A stretch of 64,000 bases of DNA, from assembly GCA_964458775.1 (NCBI GenBank), contig CAYWLQ010000008.1, forward strand, positions 2,895 to 66,894. Direction: 5' to 3'. Under the pieces are notes generated by a model. It ran no database searches. It saw nothing but the letters and a program-made list of their open reading frames with translations, and was not told the origin of the DNA. The number at the start of each line of letters is the position of its first letter. The first letter of the stretch is position 1. The position numbers and the translations under genes are program-made. This document shows positions 1 through 10,900 of this stretch, in pieces. The DNA is from an uncultured Myxococcales bacterium (GTDB lineage: Bacteria; Myxococcota_A; Polyangia; JAAYKL01).

Positions 1-3
1 CTA

Positions 4-1782
4 TTATGCCTTTTCAAGGTATCGGAAAATTGTGCGAGGATCCACGTCGAGATCTCTTGCTGTCTTGGTTCGATTTCCGTTATTTCGCTCCAGCGTTTGC
101 AGAATATAGTCTCGTTGAAATTGTTCTTTTGCATCTGCCAACGAAAGAATTTCTGTTTTGTTTTCAGGATTAATGTCCAAATCCTGAGGACCTATCATTG
201 TTCCGTCACAAAGAATTACCGCCTTCTTAATTTTGTTTTCCAGTTCTCTCACGTTTCCCTGCCAAGGGTGTTTTTTCATTGCTAAAACCGCTCCGGGAGT
301 AAAGCCCTTGGCTTTGGTGCCGTATTTTTGAGAAAATTCCTGAAGCATATACCTGGCAAGCAGAAGAATGTCGTCGCCTCTGTCTTTTAAGGCAGGCAGT
401 TCCAAATGAACTACATTCAATCTGTAGTAAAGGTCTTCTCTGAATCTTCCTTCAGAAATCTCTTTTTCCAAATCGCGATTTGTAGCTGCGATAATGCGTA
501 TATCAACTGACTCCGGTTTTACTGCTCCGACCCTTACAACTTGGTGTTCCTGAAGCACCCGGAGTAATTTTACTTGGAGCGACAGAGGCATTTCTCCTAT
601 TTCATCTAAGAACAAAGTGCCTTTGTGAGCTGCTTGAAATTTTCCGTCTTTGTTTGTAACCGCTCCGGTAAAGGCTCCTCTTATGTGGCCGAAAAATTCA
701 CTTTCCATTAAGGACTCCGGAATTGCCCCGCAGTTGACTGAAACAAACGGGCCCTTAACTCTTGGGCTTCGTCGATGAATCTCATTGGCAATAAGCTCTT
801 TACCTGTACCGGTCTCTCCGGAGATTAAAACAGAAACATCCGCTGTGGCTACCTTTGCGACCTTTCTATAGACTTCGAGCATTGACGGAGAACTGCCCAA
901 TATTTCGCCAAATCTTTGTTTATTGAGCTCTTCGGAAAGGGACATGTTTTTAAGTTTTAATACATCAACAAGCAAAGCGTTTTGTACCAAAATTGATGCT
1001 TGAGCTGCAAAGACCGTTAACAGGTCCAGGCTTTTTGCTTGAAACAGCCCTCTTATATCATCATTGCCCACATAGATTAGACCCAATAACCGTCCCCTGT
1101 CTAATAGCGGAACACACATAACAGAGGATAACCTTAAATTGATAACCGACTCTGCGCTTGCAAAGGCATCATCGTGCATTGCATCTGAAACAATTAGAGG
1201 TTTTTTGCTCTCTACCACTCTGGCAATAATGCTGTCTGACAACTGAGCGACCGCGTTTTGCATATTTTCCTGTTTGATATTTCTGGCGACCTTGATTGAA
1301 GGATGACCGTCCTCAAATAGTACCAAAAAACCTTTAGAGGCACCGGTAAGATCTACTACATAGTCCATTAGTTCTTTGAGTATGTCTGCAACATTGTCAT
1401 GGGCTAACAGCTTTTGAGAGAAGTTATGTAATTGATTAAGAATGCTCAGCGCCTGGCCGGTTTCGTCTTTTTTCTCAACAGCTGAAGAGGGGGGAGCAAG
1501 CATACTAAATATAAATTCTAGGTCTCCGAGTTGAAAACGGTGGTCATGACCAAGTTTAATTTTGCGCCTGGCTTTGCCTCCTTCAATTATGCAGTCAAGG
1601 CCGTTGTCACTGACAGCGATAAAATGCTTTTTGTCAAAGACGAGCTGGATATGACGATCGTGCAGATTGGCATTTTTAATACAAATGTCACAGGAGTTGT
1701 CTGCGCCTATAGAAGTAATGCTTTTAGATATAGGGTAGTGTTCCTTTTGACCGTTTTCAGCTCTCCATATTAAAGTCGGCAT
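4..1782 (-). CDS. Sigma-54-dependent transcriptional activator, FHA-GAF-AAA+(sigma54)-Fis HTH architecture (no receiver domain)
   Basis: N-terminal FHA-like block (SIGADNSCDICI...HAVSDNG...LGDLEFIF), central GAF-like region, Walker A GETGTGKE, GAFTGA motif (HIRGAFTGA), C-terminal Fis-type HTH (RTKTARDLDVDPRTIFRYL); complete ORF with stop at 4-6. Confidence 0.85.
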   Translation of the reverse strand: MPTLIWRAENGQKEHYPISKSITSIGADNSCDICIKNANLHDRHIQLVFDKKHFIAVSDNGLDCIIEGGKARRKIKLGHDHRFQLGDLEFIFSMLAPPSSAVEKKDETGQALSILNQLHNFSQKLLAHDNVADILKELMDYVVDLTGASKGFLVLFEDGHPSIKVARNIKQENMQNAVAQLSDSIIARVVESKKPLIVSDAMHDDAFASAESVINLRLSSVMCVPLLDRGRLLGLIYVGNDDIRGLFQAKSLDLLTVFAAQASILVQNALLVDVLKLKNMSLSEELNKQRFGEILGSSPSMLEVYRKVAKVATADVSVLISGETGTGKELIANEIHRRSPRVKGPFVSVNCGAIPESLMESEFFGHIRGAFTGAVTNKDGKFQAAHKGTLFLDEIGEMPLSLQVKLLRVLQEHQVVRVGAVKPESVDIRIIAATNRDLEKEISEGRFREDLYYRLNVVHLELPALKDRGDDILLLARYMLQEFSQKYGTKAKGFTPGAVLAMKKHPWQGNVRELENKIKKAVILCDGTMIGPQDLDINPENKTEILSLADAKEQFQRDYILQTLERNNGNRTKTARDLDVDPRTIFRYLEKA

Positions 1783-1987
1783 TTTACCTCATTTTTAGAT
1801 CTAATCGTCACGTGTTGAGCATATCCTTTTTTTTGATGAGGGTAAACGTTCTGAATATGTATATGTTAATAACATTAATAAATAAAAGATCGCAGATCGT
1901 TATAATCAATATTTAAGGTTTCACAAGTGTCTGTAAATAAAGCTTTCGGCAAATGAATCTTATGGTATTTTTATTTCTAGAAAAGGA

Positions 1988-2635
1988 TTGGACAAATATA
2001 TGTGGAGAATTTTTGTTTTTTTTCTATTTGTTTTACTGACAGGTTGTACAAAAAAGCCCGATAACAAAGCGCTCTTAACCGAAGGAAAATTGGTTTTTCA
2101 GGACTCTTTTGATGAAAATGAACTAAGTGCGCATTGGTCTGATACAGGCGGAGGATATCAAATAGTAAACGGGGAGTTGAGGGTAAAGGGAGCAAAAAAC
2201 AAACCCCTATGGCTCAAAAAGCCGATGCCCAGAAATGCTCGTGTTGAATTTACTGCTCGCTCAGAAAGTTCGGCAGTAGATATCAAAGCGGAGCTGTTCG
2301 GCGACGGTAAATCATTTGCTGTTAAAAACTCCTATACTGCAACCAGTTATGTAGTAATTTTAGGCGGTTGGAACAATACTCGTTCTATAATAGCCAGAAT
2401 GAATGAACATGGTGATGATCGAGAAGAAAGAGATAATCCTAAGGGTATTCCCGGAAAAGTTTACAGTTTTTCTGTGGTAAGAAAGGATAATGATGTGTTT
2501 TGGTTTCTTGACGGGGAGCTCTTTCTGAAAATGATAGATGACAATCCTCTCGAAGGCGAAGGTCATGAGTATTTTGCCTTTAACAATTGGGCAAGCGAAG
2601 TGTTTTTTGATGATTTGAAAATATATGAAATATAA
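1988..2635 (+). CDS. Small lipoprotein, possible concanavalin/LamG-like (DUF1080-like) jelly-roll domain
   Basis: Lipobox LLTGC after hydrophobic signal; ~190-aa domain ending in aromatic-rich FFDDLKIYEI reminiscent of DUF1080/3-keto-disaccharide hydrolase family ends. Confidence 0.4.
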   Translation: MDKYMWRIFVFFLFVLLTGCTKKPDNKALLTEGKLVFQDSFDENELSAHWSDTGGGYQIVNGELRVKGAKNKPLWLKKPMPRNARVEFTARSESSAVDIKAELFGDGKSFAVKNSYTATSYVVILGGWNNTRSIIARMNEHGDDREERDNPKGIPGKVYSFSVVRKDNDVFWFLDGELFLKMIDDNPLEGEGHEYFAFNNWASEVFFDDLKIYEI

Positions 2636-2653
2636 GCGAACGGGCTTCTATGC

Positions 2654-3571
2654 ATGAATCAAAATGAACAAGAGCAAATGATCTCTGAGTTGGAGAGCGA
2701 AATTGAGAGATTACACGCTCTTTATAACCAGTATTTTATGGGAATAGAAAAGCTGGAACCTACCGTTGTTCGCAAGAACCTTGACAGAAAAATCAATATG
2801 TTGAGGAAAGAGCAAATTAAAAATACTGCTTTGCGATTTCGCCTTCAGATGCAGATTCAGAAATACAACACTCAATCAACTTATTGGTCTAGAGTTTGCC
2901 GTCAGATTGAAGAGGGAACCTATAGCCGACAATTGTCCTTAGCCAAGAAGAGAGTTAATGCCAGGCACCAGGAAAGCAAAATCAAGGAGCGAATCAGTGA
3001 AACCGACATGCTCTTGTCTCAAATACCGCTAAGTGAATATGACCTAGGAGAAGGCAATGGTGCTTTAAACAGGCAGCAGATTGAACAAGATGCTTTCAAC
3101 ATTGATCTGGACGATCCTTTTGCAGATCTGCAAAAAGAGTTGTTTCCTAAATCAAAGATTTCTCCTCAGCTGCCTAAATCTCCTAACATTCCGTTAACTC
3201 CATCCGAACCTGTGCTTTCTAAAAAGTCACCCCCGCCTATTCCCAAGGCGGCACCTCCGGCACCTCCGCCTATTCGACCGATTTCCTCTCCTATGCAGCC
3301 TTCCCGTGCCGCTGAAGCAAAACCTCCTGCTCCTGTTCAATCAAGTAATTTGCCTTCTTTGTCGGATGAACAAGCACAGTCGATTTATCGCAGATTTTTA
3401 GCTGCGCGAAAAAAGTGTAACGAGTCGACTGAAAATATTTCGATGGAAAGTGTGAAAAAGTCACTTAATGCAAAGATAAAATCAGAAACAGGAGTTGTTG
3501 ATTTTAAGGTTGTCATCAAGGGAGGGAAAGCTGTAATCAAAACAGTAAAAGAAGACAGTAAGAGCGATTAG
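2654..3571 (+). CDS. Hypothetical coiled-coil / proline-rich protein
   Basis: N-terminal coiled-coil (ELESEIERLHALYNQYFMGIEKLEP...), central Pro-rich low-complexity segment (SPPPIPKAAPPAPPPIRPISSP), conserved-looking C-terminal ~60 aa; no recognisable catalytic motifs. Confidence 0.45.
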   Translation: MNQNEQEQMISELESEIERLHALYNQYFMGIEKLEPTVVRKNLDRKINMLRKEQIKNTALRFRLQMQIQKYNTQSTYWSRVCRQIEEGTYSRQLSLAKKRVNARHQESKIKERISETDMLLSQIPLSEYDLGEGNGALNRQQIEQDAFNIDLDDPFADLQKELFPKSKISPQLPKSPNIPLTPSEPVLSKKSPPPIPKAAPPAPPPIRPISSPMQPSRAAEAKPPAPVQSSNLPSLSDEQAQSIYRRFLAARKKCNESTENISMESVKKSLNAKIKSETGVVDFKVVIKGGKAVIKTVKEDSKSD

Positions 3572-3761
3572 TCAATAGCCTTTGCGGGTTTTTAGGCAAA
3601 TTCTCAAAACGTCGTGATAATTCGGACTGATTTTTAGCTTTTGATCTATACCTTTCAACTATTTATGGACGCCCCCCCCTAACCCCCTTTTCAATTGGAA
3701 ATTCTTTTCTTGATTCTCTTTTTATGTTTTTCGCCGATTTGAGCAGCTGCATTCTTGGAAG

Positions 3762-5393
3762 TTATCTTTTTGATTTTCCTGACTTATTCGGCTTACCTTT
3801 TCTGCTTTTTGCAGATTTTGACAAAGCCGACCGAACAGGTTTTAGGATTACAGATATTGTCTGATCTTTGTCAGGAATAAATGATTTTACAAAGACAGAA
3901 TTAGAAGAGGCTTCTACTTTGAGAAGCATCGGAAGATTTGATTTTTCAAAGTGCGCTGTCGTTGTTGTCGGTTGCCCGTCAACGGTTATCTTTGCGTTAT
4001 CAGGAGCATTTTCAATTTTTAGTGTAACCATGTCTAGAAACAGATCGGGATCATCGGTTTGCTTATATTCAGCATTTACATAATCAACAAGTTCCGGTTC
4101 GGGAGAAACAGCTGTTTCGGTAATTACAGGAGGATTTACAGATGCTCTGCGATAGGGCCACCAAGATGATTTTTCCACGAAGAATAAAACCTTTTGAGCC
4201 AGAGAGATTCCTGATTCAAAGATTGTTTGGTTTTGTTTTTTATAGTACGCAGCAGCTCCTGCAATTCCCATGGTAATGATCAAAAATATTGTAATTATTG
4301 TCTTAATTACAGAAGATTTTTTCTCAATTTTTGTACTGTTGCTAAACGACGGATTATATAGGTTATCAAGAGTCTCATCCTTGACTGTTTTATTGAGCGA
4401 GGCAAAAGATTGATACGAGGTGTTTGTGTTTGTGCCGGGAGGCGGAGGGGGAGCTAATGAATTTTTCAACGCCAATGCTGCCGAAGCACTCATATAGGTG
4501 TCTTCAGCAAAAGGCATTAAATCAGATATCATATCCGGTACCCTAAGATATCTTTTGTCCCGATCTTTCTCCATTGCTTTTTCTATTACGTGTACAAGCC
4601 CTGTAGGTAAGTCGGGAAGAATATTTGCGATGGGCTTAGGGGTTTCCAAAAGAATGTCACTCAATACTGCATTGTAGCTGGAGCCGCGGAAAGGCAGTCT
4701 GCCGGAAAGCATTTCATATAACATGACGCCTGCAGCCCATATGTCAATTCTGCCGTCAATATCCTTACCGCGAGCAGATTCGGGAGACATATAATTGGGT
4801 GTGCCCAGCACTGTACCTGTTTTGGTTAAGCCTTGATCTCCCTCTGCTTCGGTTTGCATTTTTGCTATACCGAAGTCTAAAAGCTTAACATCATGTCTGC
4901 CGCGATTGTCTATAGATAAAAATACGTTGTCAGGCTTTAAATCCCTGTGGATAATACCTTTTTCGTGGGAAACAGCCAGTGCGGAAAGTACCTGCAAAAT
5001 AATAGAAACGGCTCTCTCAGGTGCCATTCGACCTTCATCTTTTATACATGAGGACAGGCTTTGGCCTTTTAAAAGCTCCATTACTATAAAGGCTGTTCCG
5101 TCTTCCTCTCGACCGACATCAAAAATCTCAACAATATTGGGATGGCCGATGGCGCTGGCAGCTTGAGCTTCTCGAAAAAAACGATTTACAACATCTTCTG
5201 AGTCAGCAAACTCCTTATGCATTACTTTTACAGCTACACGTCTTTCGATAAGGGTGTGTTCAGCTTCATATACTGAACCCATACCGCCCTCTCCGATCAG
5301 TTTGGTCAGTCGGTATTTACGGTCGAATATTCTTCCGATAGTCTCATTCATATTCTGCTTTTCCAAGTCCGGGCCAAAAGACCGATTTTGCAA
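3762..5393 (-). CDS. Hanks-type Ser/Thr protein kinase, single-pass membrane, extracellular PEGA-like domain and Lys-rich tail
   Basis: GEGGMGSVY glycine loop, VAVK lysine, HRDLKPDN catalytic loop, DFGIAK, SPE motif; TM helix IKTIITIFLIITMGIAGAAAYY; C-terminal ITVDGQP...beta-rich segment resembling PEGA. Confidence 0.85.
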   Translation of the reverse strand: MQNRSFGPDLEKQNMNETIGRIFDRKYRLTKLIGEGGMGSVYEAEHTLIERRVAVKVMHKEFADSEDVVNRFFREAQAASAIGHPNIVEIFDVGREEDGTAFIVMELLKGQSLSSCIKDEGRMAPERAVSIILQVLSALAVSHEKGIIHRDLKPDNVFLSIDNRGRHDVKLLDFGIAKMQTEAEGDQGLTKTGTVLGTPNYMSPESARGKDIDGRIDIWAAGVMLYEMLSGRLPFRGSSYNAVLSDILLETPKPIANILPDLPTGLVHVIEKAMEKDRDKRYLRVPDMISDLMPFAEDTYMSASAALALKNSLAPPPPPGTNTNTSYQSFASLNKTVKDETLDNLYNPSFSNSTKIEKKSSVIKTIITIFLIITMGIAGAAAYYKKQNQTIFESGISLAQKVLFFVEKSSWWPYRRASVNPPVITETAVSPEPELVDYVNAEYKQTDDPDLFLDMVTLKIENAPDNAKITVDGQPTTTTAHFEKSNLPMLLKVEASSNSVFVKSFIPDKDQTISVILKPVRSALSKSAKSRKGKPNKSGKSKR

Positions 5394-5501
5394 CTATACC
5401 CCAAAAAAGTACCTTCTGCCTAATTGTCTGTTCGAAAAAATTCTATCTAGAAGCATTAGCCGACTAGCTCTTAGTCGTTAAATCTGGCATAGTTAATAAC
5501 C

Positions 5502-5735
5502 ATGGATATTAAAAATCGAAAATGGTGGATTTTAGTTGGAGATATTGAGCGCGGTCCGATATCCGAAGATGACTTTCAGGAGGAGCTGAGGTCCGGAAAA
5601 ATTTCTCTGAGATCTCAGGTGAAAAGCAATTATATGGATAATTTTGAACCGTTGCTTAAATATGTATCCACTGATGAATCATTTCGCCGTCCGTCTACGA
5701 TGCCGCCTTCTTTACCCGATAATTCAGAATCATAA
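5502..5735 (+). CDS. Small GYF-like (DUF4339-like) domain protein immediately upstream of RNase J
   Basis: 77 aa, KWWILVGDIERGPISEDDFQEELRSGKISLRSQV matches the W..G.GP.s..el..l...G.i GYF_2 pattern; 2-nt gap to next gene. Confidence 0.4.
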   Translation: MDIKNRKWWILVGDIERGPISEDDFQEELRSGKISLRSQVKSNYMDNFEPLLKYVSTDESFRRPSTMPPSLPDNSES

Positions 5736-5737
5736 TC

Positions 5738-7381
5738 GTGGAAAGGGCAAAAGGCTTTAGTGTTCTGGCATTGGGCGGGCTGGGCGAAATAGGGATGAAC
5801 TGTCTTACTGTTGAGACAGAGGGGAGACTTCTGATTATCGACTGTGGGATAATGTTCAATAATGATAATCTGGGAATCGAGGCTGCTCATCCCAAATTTG
5901 ATTATTTGGTGTCTCGACGAGAAGATATCGAAGGCGTAGTCCTTTCCCACGGACACGAAGACCATATTTCGGGGTTGCCTTTTCTGCTTAGAGAAATTGA
6001 TATTCCAATTTATGCCGGACCTTATGCGTCAAGATTGCTCAAAAACAAAGTCGATGAAGGTGATTTCGGCATAAATCCCTTAATTAAAGAGTGCAGTTCA
6101 GACGATATAATTCATCTCGGTCCGTTTAAGATTTCAATGTTTCCTATGCCGCATTCTATTGCTCAAAATATGGGTATAGTTGTGGAAATGGGACGTCGGC
6201 GTATTTTGCATACAGGTGATTTTAAACTAAACATGAAAGCCTCGGATTGCGGTGAGCCGGCGCTCAATACCCTTAAACAAATGTCACAAGAAGGCGTTGA
6301 TTTAATGCTGTGTGATTCCACTGGCGCTGAAGAAAACGATATTGCCGGAGATGAAAAAGAAGTTTTGTTTGCAATGGACCGATTGTTTAGAGAAGCTTCA
6401 CAAAGAATTTTTGTTGCTGTCTTTTCTTCCAATGTGCGTCGAATAGAAACGGTGCTGTTGTCAGCAAAACGTTACGGTCGCAAGGTTACTCTTGCGGGAA
6501 GATCCGTTCATACACATTTCCGAGCAGCTCTGTCAGCCTGCGGAATTGATGCATCTGATAACATCATTGTGTCAGCCGAGGAGGCCGCACAACTTCCGAG
6601 GAAAGATTTGGTTGTACTTATTTCAGGTACACAGGGTGAAAGTCGATCTGCGCTTTTCCGTATTGCTTCGGGAAATCATCACAAACTCAAAGTCGAACCC
6701 GGTGACTTGGTAATACTTTCCAGTCGGTTTATTCCTGGAAATGAACCGGCAATAGGACGGATGATAGATCGCCTTCTGATACAGGGAGTGCAAACGGTTC
6801 ATCGAGGTATAATGCCTTCTGTTCATGTTTCCGGACATGGAGGCAGAAAAGAAATAAGTGCCGCAATTGAAGCTGTAAATCCCAGATGTTTTATGCCTAT
6901 ACACGGTACCTATCGTCATATGACGGCATGTGCTGAACTAGCAAAGAATGCCGGCTGTCGTTCTATAAAAATTGCGTTGAACGGACAACGTGTTCAATGC
7001 TCTGATAACGGTCTTGCAATAAAAGACGAAAAGCCTTGCGGACGAGCATTTATTGATCGAGGAGGAAGACTTTCAGAACAAACAATCAAAGAAAGGCAAA
7101 TTCTCGCTGCCAACGGGGTAGTATCCGTTGCGTTTATGATTGATGATTTGTTTAGAATACAGGGTTCTATAAAGACGGTTGTTTTCGGAATAATATCTCA
7201 CGACTTGCATGATTGGTTTATTAAAATAGTAGAAGAAAAAGTTAGAAAACTAGCTGAAAGTTGTAGTGAAACCATACCTGAGTCACTCGAAAAATTCCGA
7301 GAAGATATTCGTTTTGGGTTAAGAAAATTTATTCTAAAACAGATTTCACGAGAACCAATGGTAATTGTTTCTATTTTGTAA
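5738..7381 (+). CDS. rnj: Ribonuclease J (metallo-beta-lactamase/beta-CASP RNase)
   Basis: LGGLGEIGMNC start, HGHEDHISG zinc motif, beta-CASP region, 547 aa typical length. Confidence 0.85.
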   Translation: MERAKGFSVLALGGLGEIGMNCLTVETEGRLLIIDCGIMFNNDNLGIEAAHPKFDYLVSRREDIEGVVLSHGHEDHISGLPFLLREIDIPIYAGPYASRLLKNKVDEGDFGINPLIKECSSDDIIHLGPFKISMFPMPHSIAQNMGIVVEMGRRRILHTGDFKLNMKASDCGEPALNTLKQMSQEGVDLMLCDSTGAEENDIAGDEKEVLFAMDRLFREASQRIFVAVFSSNVRRIETVLLSAKRYGRKVTLAGRSVHTHFRAALSACGIDASDNIIVSAEEAAQLPRKDLVVLISGTQGESRSALFRIASGNHHKLKVEPGDLVILSSRFIPGNEPAIGRMIDRLLIQGVQTVHRGIMPSVHVSGHGGRKEISAAIEAVNPRCFMPIHGTYRHMTACAELAKNAGCRSIKIALNGQRVQCSDNGLAIKDEKPCGRAFIDRGGRLSEQTIKERQILAANGVVSVAFMIDDLFRIQGSIKTVVFGIISHDLHDWFIKIVEEKVRKLAESCSETIPESLEKFREDIRFGLRKFILKQISREPMVIVSIL

Positions 7382-7425
7382 AAAGCGCTTGTCATTTTTG
7401 TAAGTCCCTTCATATAACCCGGCAC

Positions 7426-7845
7426 ATGAAACAGTTTATCAATGAAATTGCAGTATCCACATCCGGAAGAGGTTTTTTTAATATCTCATCACAAGTTAAA
7501 TCATGGGTAAGAGAACAAAATATTTCAATCGGTTTGCTGACAGTATTTATCAAACATACTTCTGCGTCTCTCGTAATTCAGGAAAATGCCGATCCCGATG
7601 TTCTTCATGACATGGCTGTCTTTTTTAAAGACTTGGTCAAAGACGGTGACACAAAGTATCGTCACAGTTTAGAAGGTCCGGATGATATGTCCGCTCATAT
7701 AAGAACCTCGCTGACCAGTACCCATCTTTCAATACCGGTAAATGCCGGTGTTCCTTGCCTTGGAACCTGGCAGGGAATATTCCTTTTTGAGCACAGAACT
7801 CACGCTCATAATAGAACAGTTGTTCTGCATCTTATCGGTGAGTGA
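7426..7845 (+). CDS. yjbQ: YjbQ/UPF0047 family secondary thiamine-phosphate synthase-like protein
   Basis: 139 aa; conserved TSASLVIQENADPDV...HLIGE signature of UPF0047. Confidence 0.75.
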   Translation: MKQFINEIAVSTSGRGFFNISSQVKSWVREQNISIGLLTVFIKHTSASLVIQENADPDVLHDMAVFFKDLVKDGDTKYRHSLEGPDDMSAHIRTSLTSTHLSIPVNAGVPCLGTWQGIFLFEHRTHAHNRTVVLHLIGE

Positions 7846-7887
7846 GCAGGGGAATAGTTTGCTGCGGAACTAATGCAGAGGACAATA

Positions 7888-7932
7888 TGGACACAGTGGA
7901 CAGCGTGGACATAGTAGACAGTGTGGACCGGC
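7888..7932. repeat. Five tandem 9-bp units (TGGACANNG) in convergent intergenic spacer
   Basis: TGGACACAG TGGACAGCG TGGACATAG TAGACAGTG TGGACCGGC read directly; lies between stop of yjbQ (+) and stop of the giant kinase/sigma54 gene (-). Confidence 0.7.
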
Positions 7933-7974
7933 AGAAATATATTGTCCAAACTCTAGCAAAATTGTCTTTCCGAT

Positions 7975-10900
7975 TTACCGATTTCTTTTTTTTATAACAC
8001 CCAAACTATCCAGTTTTCGGTAGAACGTTCGTCTTGGAATACCTAGGATTTCTGCGGCCTTGCTGCGATTCCATTTGACTGATTCCAAAACAGATAGAAT
8101 TTTGCTGTCTTCTTCGCTTACAGATTTGGATGTGGTCGGTTTTGAATTAGGCTTTGGGACTTCACTGGATGAAATGAAAATCTCATCGGCTCTGATGGCT
8201 TTAGAGTCGTCTCCTATTGCTAATGCTCTGCGTATTGATTGCTCAAGCTCTCGTACATTTCCCGGCCAGTTGTGTTTTAGCAGCATTGCGGCAGCATCTT
8301 TGGAAAAACTTCTTGGTATCGAAGCGAATCTTACCGCTTCTCTTTCTACTATTCTTCCTGCTAAGGGTAAAATATCTTCTTTGCGCTTTCTTAAAGGCGG
8401 CAGCTCAATTGTTACGACCTGCAATCGATAAAGAAGGTCTTTTCGCAATCCGCCTTCGTTTGCCAGTTTATCTAGGGGAATCCTGGTGGATGCTATAATG
8501 CGCACATTGACACGCAGGTTTCGCTGCGAACCCACCGGGGAAAAGGTTCCGTCTTGCAGCACGCGTAACATGACTGTTTGCATTCTTGGAGACATGTCTC
8601 CTATTTCGTCCAAATATAGGGTCCCTCCGTCAGCAGCAGACAGCAAGCCCTGTCTTTCTGTGTCTGCTCCCGAAAAGGCGCCTTTTTCGTGGCCGAACAA
8701 CATGGATTCCACCAAGGTGTCCGGCATGCTGCCGCAGGAAACAGTTACAAAAGGTTTGTCCTTTAGATTGCTCTGTTCGTGAAGAACCCGTGCAAGCAAG
8801 TCTTTGCCTACGCCGCTCTCACCGGAAAAAATTACCGGAACATTTAAGTCTTTAACTCGCTCTACCGTCGTAAAGACCTTTCGCATTTCCGGCGATGTGC
8901 CGAAAACACCATGATAATCGCCTTCGCCTTCAATTTGCCGTCTTAGTCGTTCTAATCTTTCTCTGGCGGTTTTGAGATTCAAATCCCTTTGATTCAACTC
9001 TTCCAGTCTCTTTTCATAAGCTTCTTGTAGGGTTTTCCTCGCTGTCTGAAGCTCATCGGCTCTTTGTCGAAGTTCGTTTATTAAACGATTTTGTGAAAGA
9101 GCAATGGCAACCTGATTTGCAAAAGCGGAGAGTACTCGCAGATCTCTCTTATCAAATCGACCTCTTCGCAAACGGTTTTCGAGATACAAAACTCCTAGAG
9201 GGCTGCCTCTATAGGATACGGGAAGACATGCCACTGATTTAAGCTTAAGCTCATGAATTGACATAAACTCATTGAATCGGCTGTCCTGCATAGCATCCAC
9301 AGTTACTACCGGTTCGTTATCGAGAAATACAGATTCAGCTATAGAGCAACTGAATCGGTTTTCCGGTGCACCGGTATCAGCGTATTCACAACCGAAAGCT
9401 TTTCCGTCGGATACCGCTCTGATTTCTAAAACTGTTGATTCAGAACCTTCTGCCGGAAGTAAGATCATTCCTCGTTCCGCTCCGGTCAGCTCAATTGCAG
9501 AGCTGAGAATCATTTCTAATAAACGGTTAAGGTTGCTTTCTGAAAGTAGTTGTTTGTTTAAATCTAGAACTCGATAGAGAGCTTCTGCTTCAGTATCCGA
9601 TGTCTTGTCGGGATTATCGAAAAGCTCTGTTGATGAAAATTGATTGGAAGAGGATATTTCACTGAAAAGAGTTCTAACCTCGGATCTTCGCACATCCTGC
9701 CAAAATGCTGCGCGATGCTCATGGGATAAACCTGCACATAGACTTTCGAGAATATTTTCAGCTTCTCTTAAATGTTGCCGCATCAAAAAGACAGAGCCTT
9801 TTACTGACAGTCCTTTTGCGAGTGCCAAATGAGCCTGCCATGCAAAATCCTTGGCCCCTTGATATGTTTGATTTTCGCAGAGCGCCTCTAGCTTTTTCAG
9901 TCCCAGATCCAATTGTCCCTCAGCGATGAGCAGCATTCCCTCATGAAGAGCCAGTGACTCTTCAAACATTCTGCCCTCTTCCTCTCGATTTCTGCTTGAA
10001 GCTAGTTGAATGAGTTCCCTAGCTTTTATTATATCCTCTTTTTCCCCTCTTCTTAAAAGGCAGCCTGCGGTTTCTAATTCAATTTCACACACTATCGCAT
10101 AACGAGAGAGCGATATAAATCCCTTTCTGGCTTCAGCATAAAAACGAAGCGCATCTTCTGTTTCACCTCGGGCTGATGCAGAAGCTGCTGTATGAAATTG
10201 AGACCACAATCTTTGTTCGTCATACCCCAAAGATCTTGCTTCCGCTTCGGCCTGTTCCAGTATAAGACCGGCGCGCTCAAAACAGCCCATTTTAATCAGA
10301 GCGTATCCGTAGTTGTTTCTAACGTTGATTCGCATCAAGGGATTAACCGCTGAACGGGACAGCCGAACAGCCTGTTCATAGTGACGAAGAGATTCTGACC
10401 ATTCTTCCTGCCACAATTTCAGGTCACCCAAAACCAATTTGTCACGCATCAAATGAGGAATATCACCGAATTCAAAATGAAGGGCGGCTGCTCGCTCAAG
10501 CGATAGAGTAGCTTCTTTTAAGTTGCCTGATTTTTGATAAACCCAAGCCAAAATATCGATCGACAAAGCAACGGCTCTCATGTCTCCTGCCAATGCAGCA
10601 TCAGATTCTGCTTCCTTAGCAAACATCAGCGCATCATCTCTTCTGCCCTCTTTAACAGCAGACTTGGCGAGCATACCTAACAGATCGGCTCTAACGCGAT
10701 GTGCATTTGGAGCGTCCTTCAATCCTTCTTCTGCTAAAGCGATACATGATTCAGTGTTATGTTGTTGAAAGGCAATTTTGGCCAAAAGATACAGGATGCG
10801 AGCTCGATCCAATGGATTAACGGTCAAAGACAGAGCTTCACGGAGACACTTTTCAGCTTCATGTAAAGATTCTTTGTCAATATATATTCGCCCCAATAGT

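Noticed and set aside
3572-3761. C-rich tract (GGACGCCCCCCCCTAACCCCC) between convergent genes, as a possible regulatory or i-motif element
   Set aside because: Single short homopolymer-like tract with no repeat structure or flanking hairpin. Insufficient to call.
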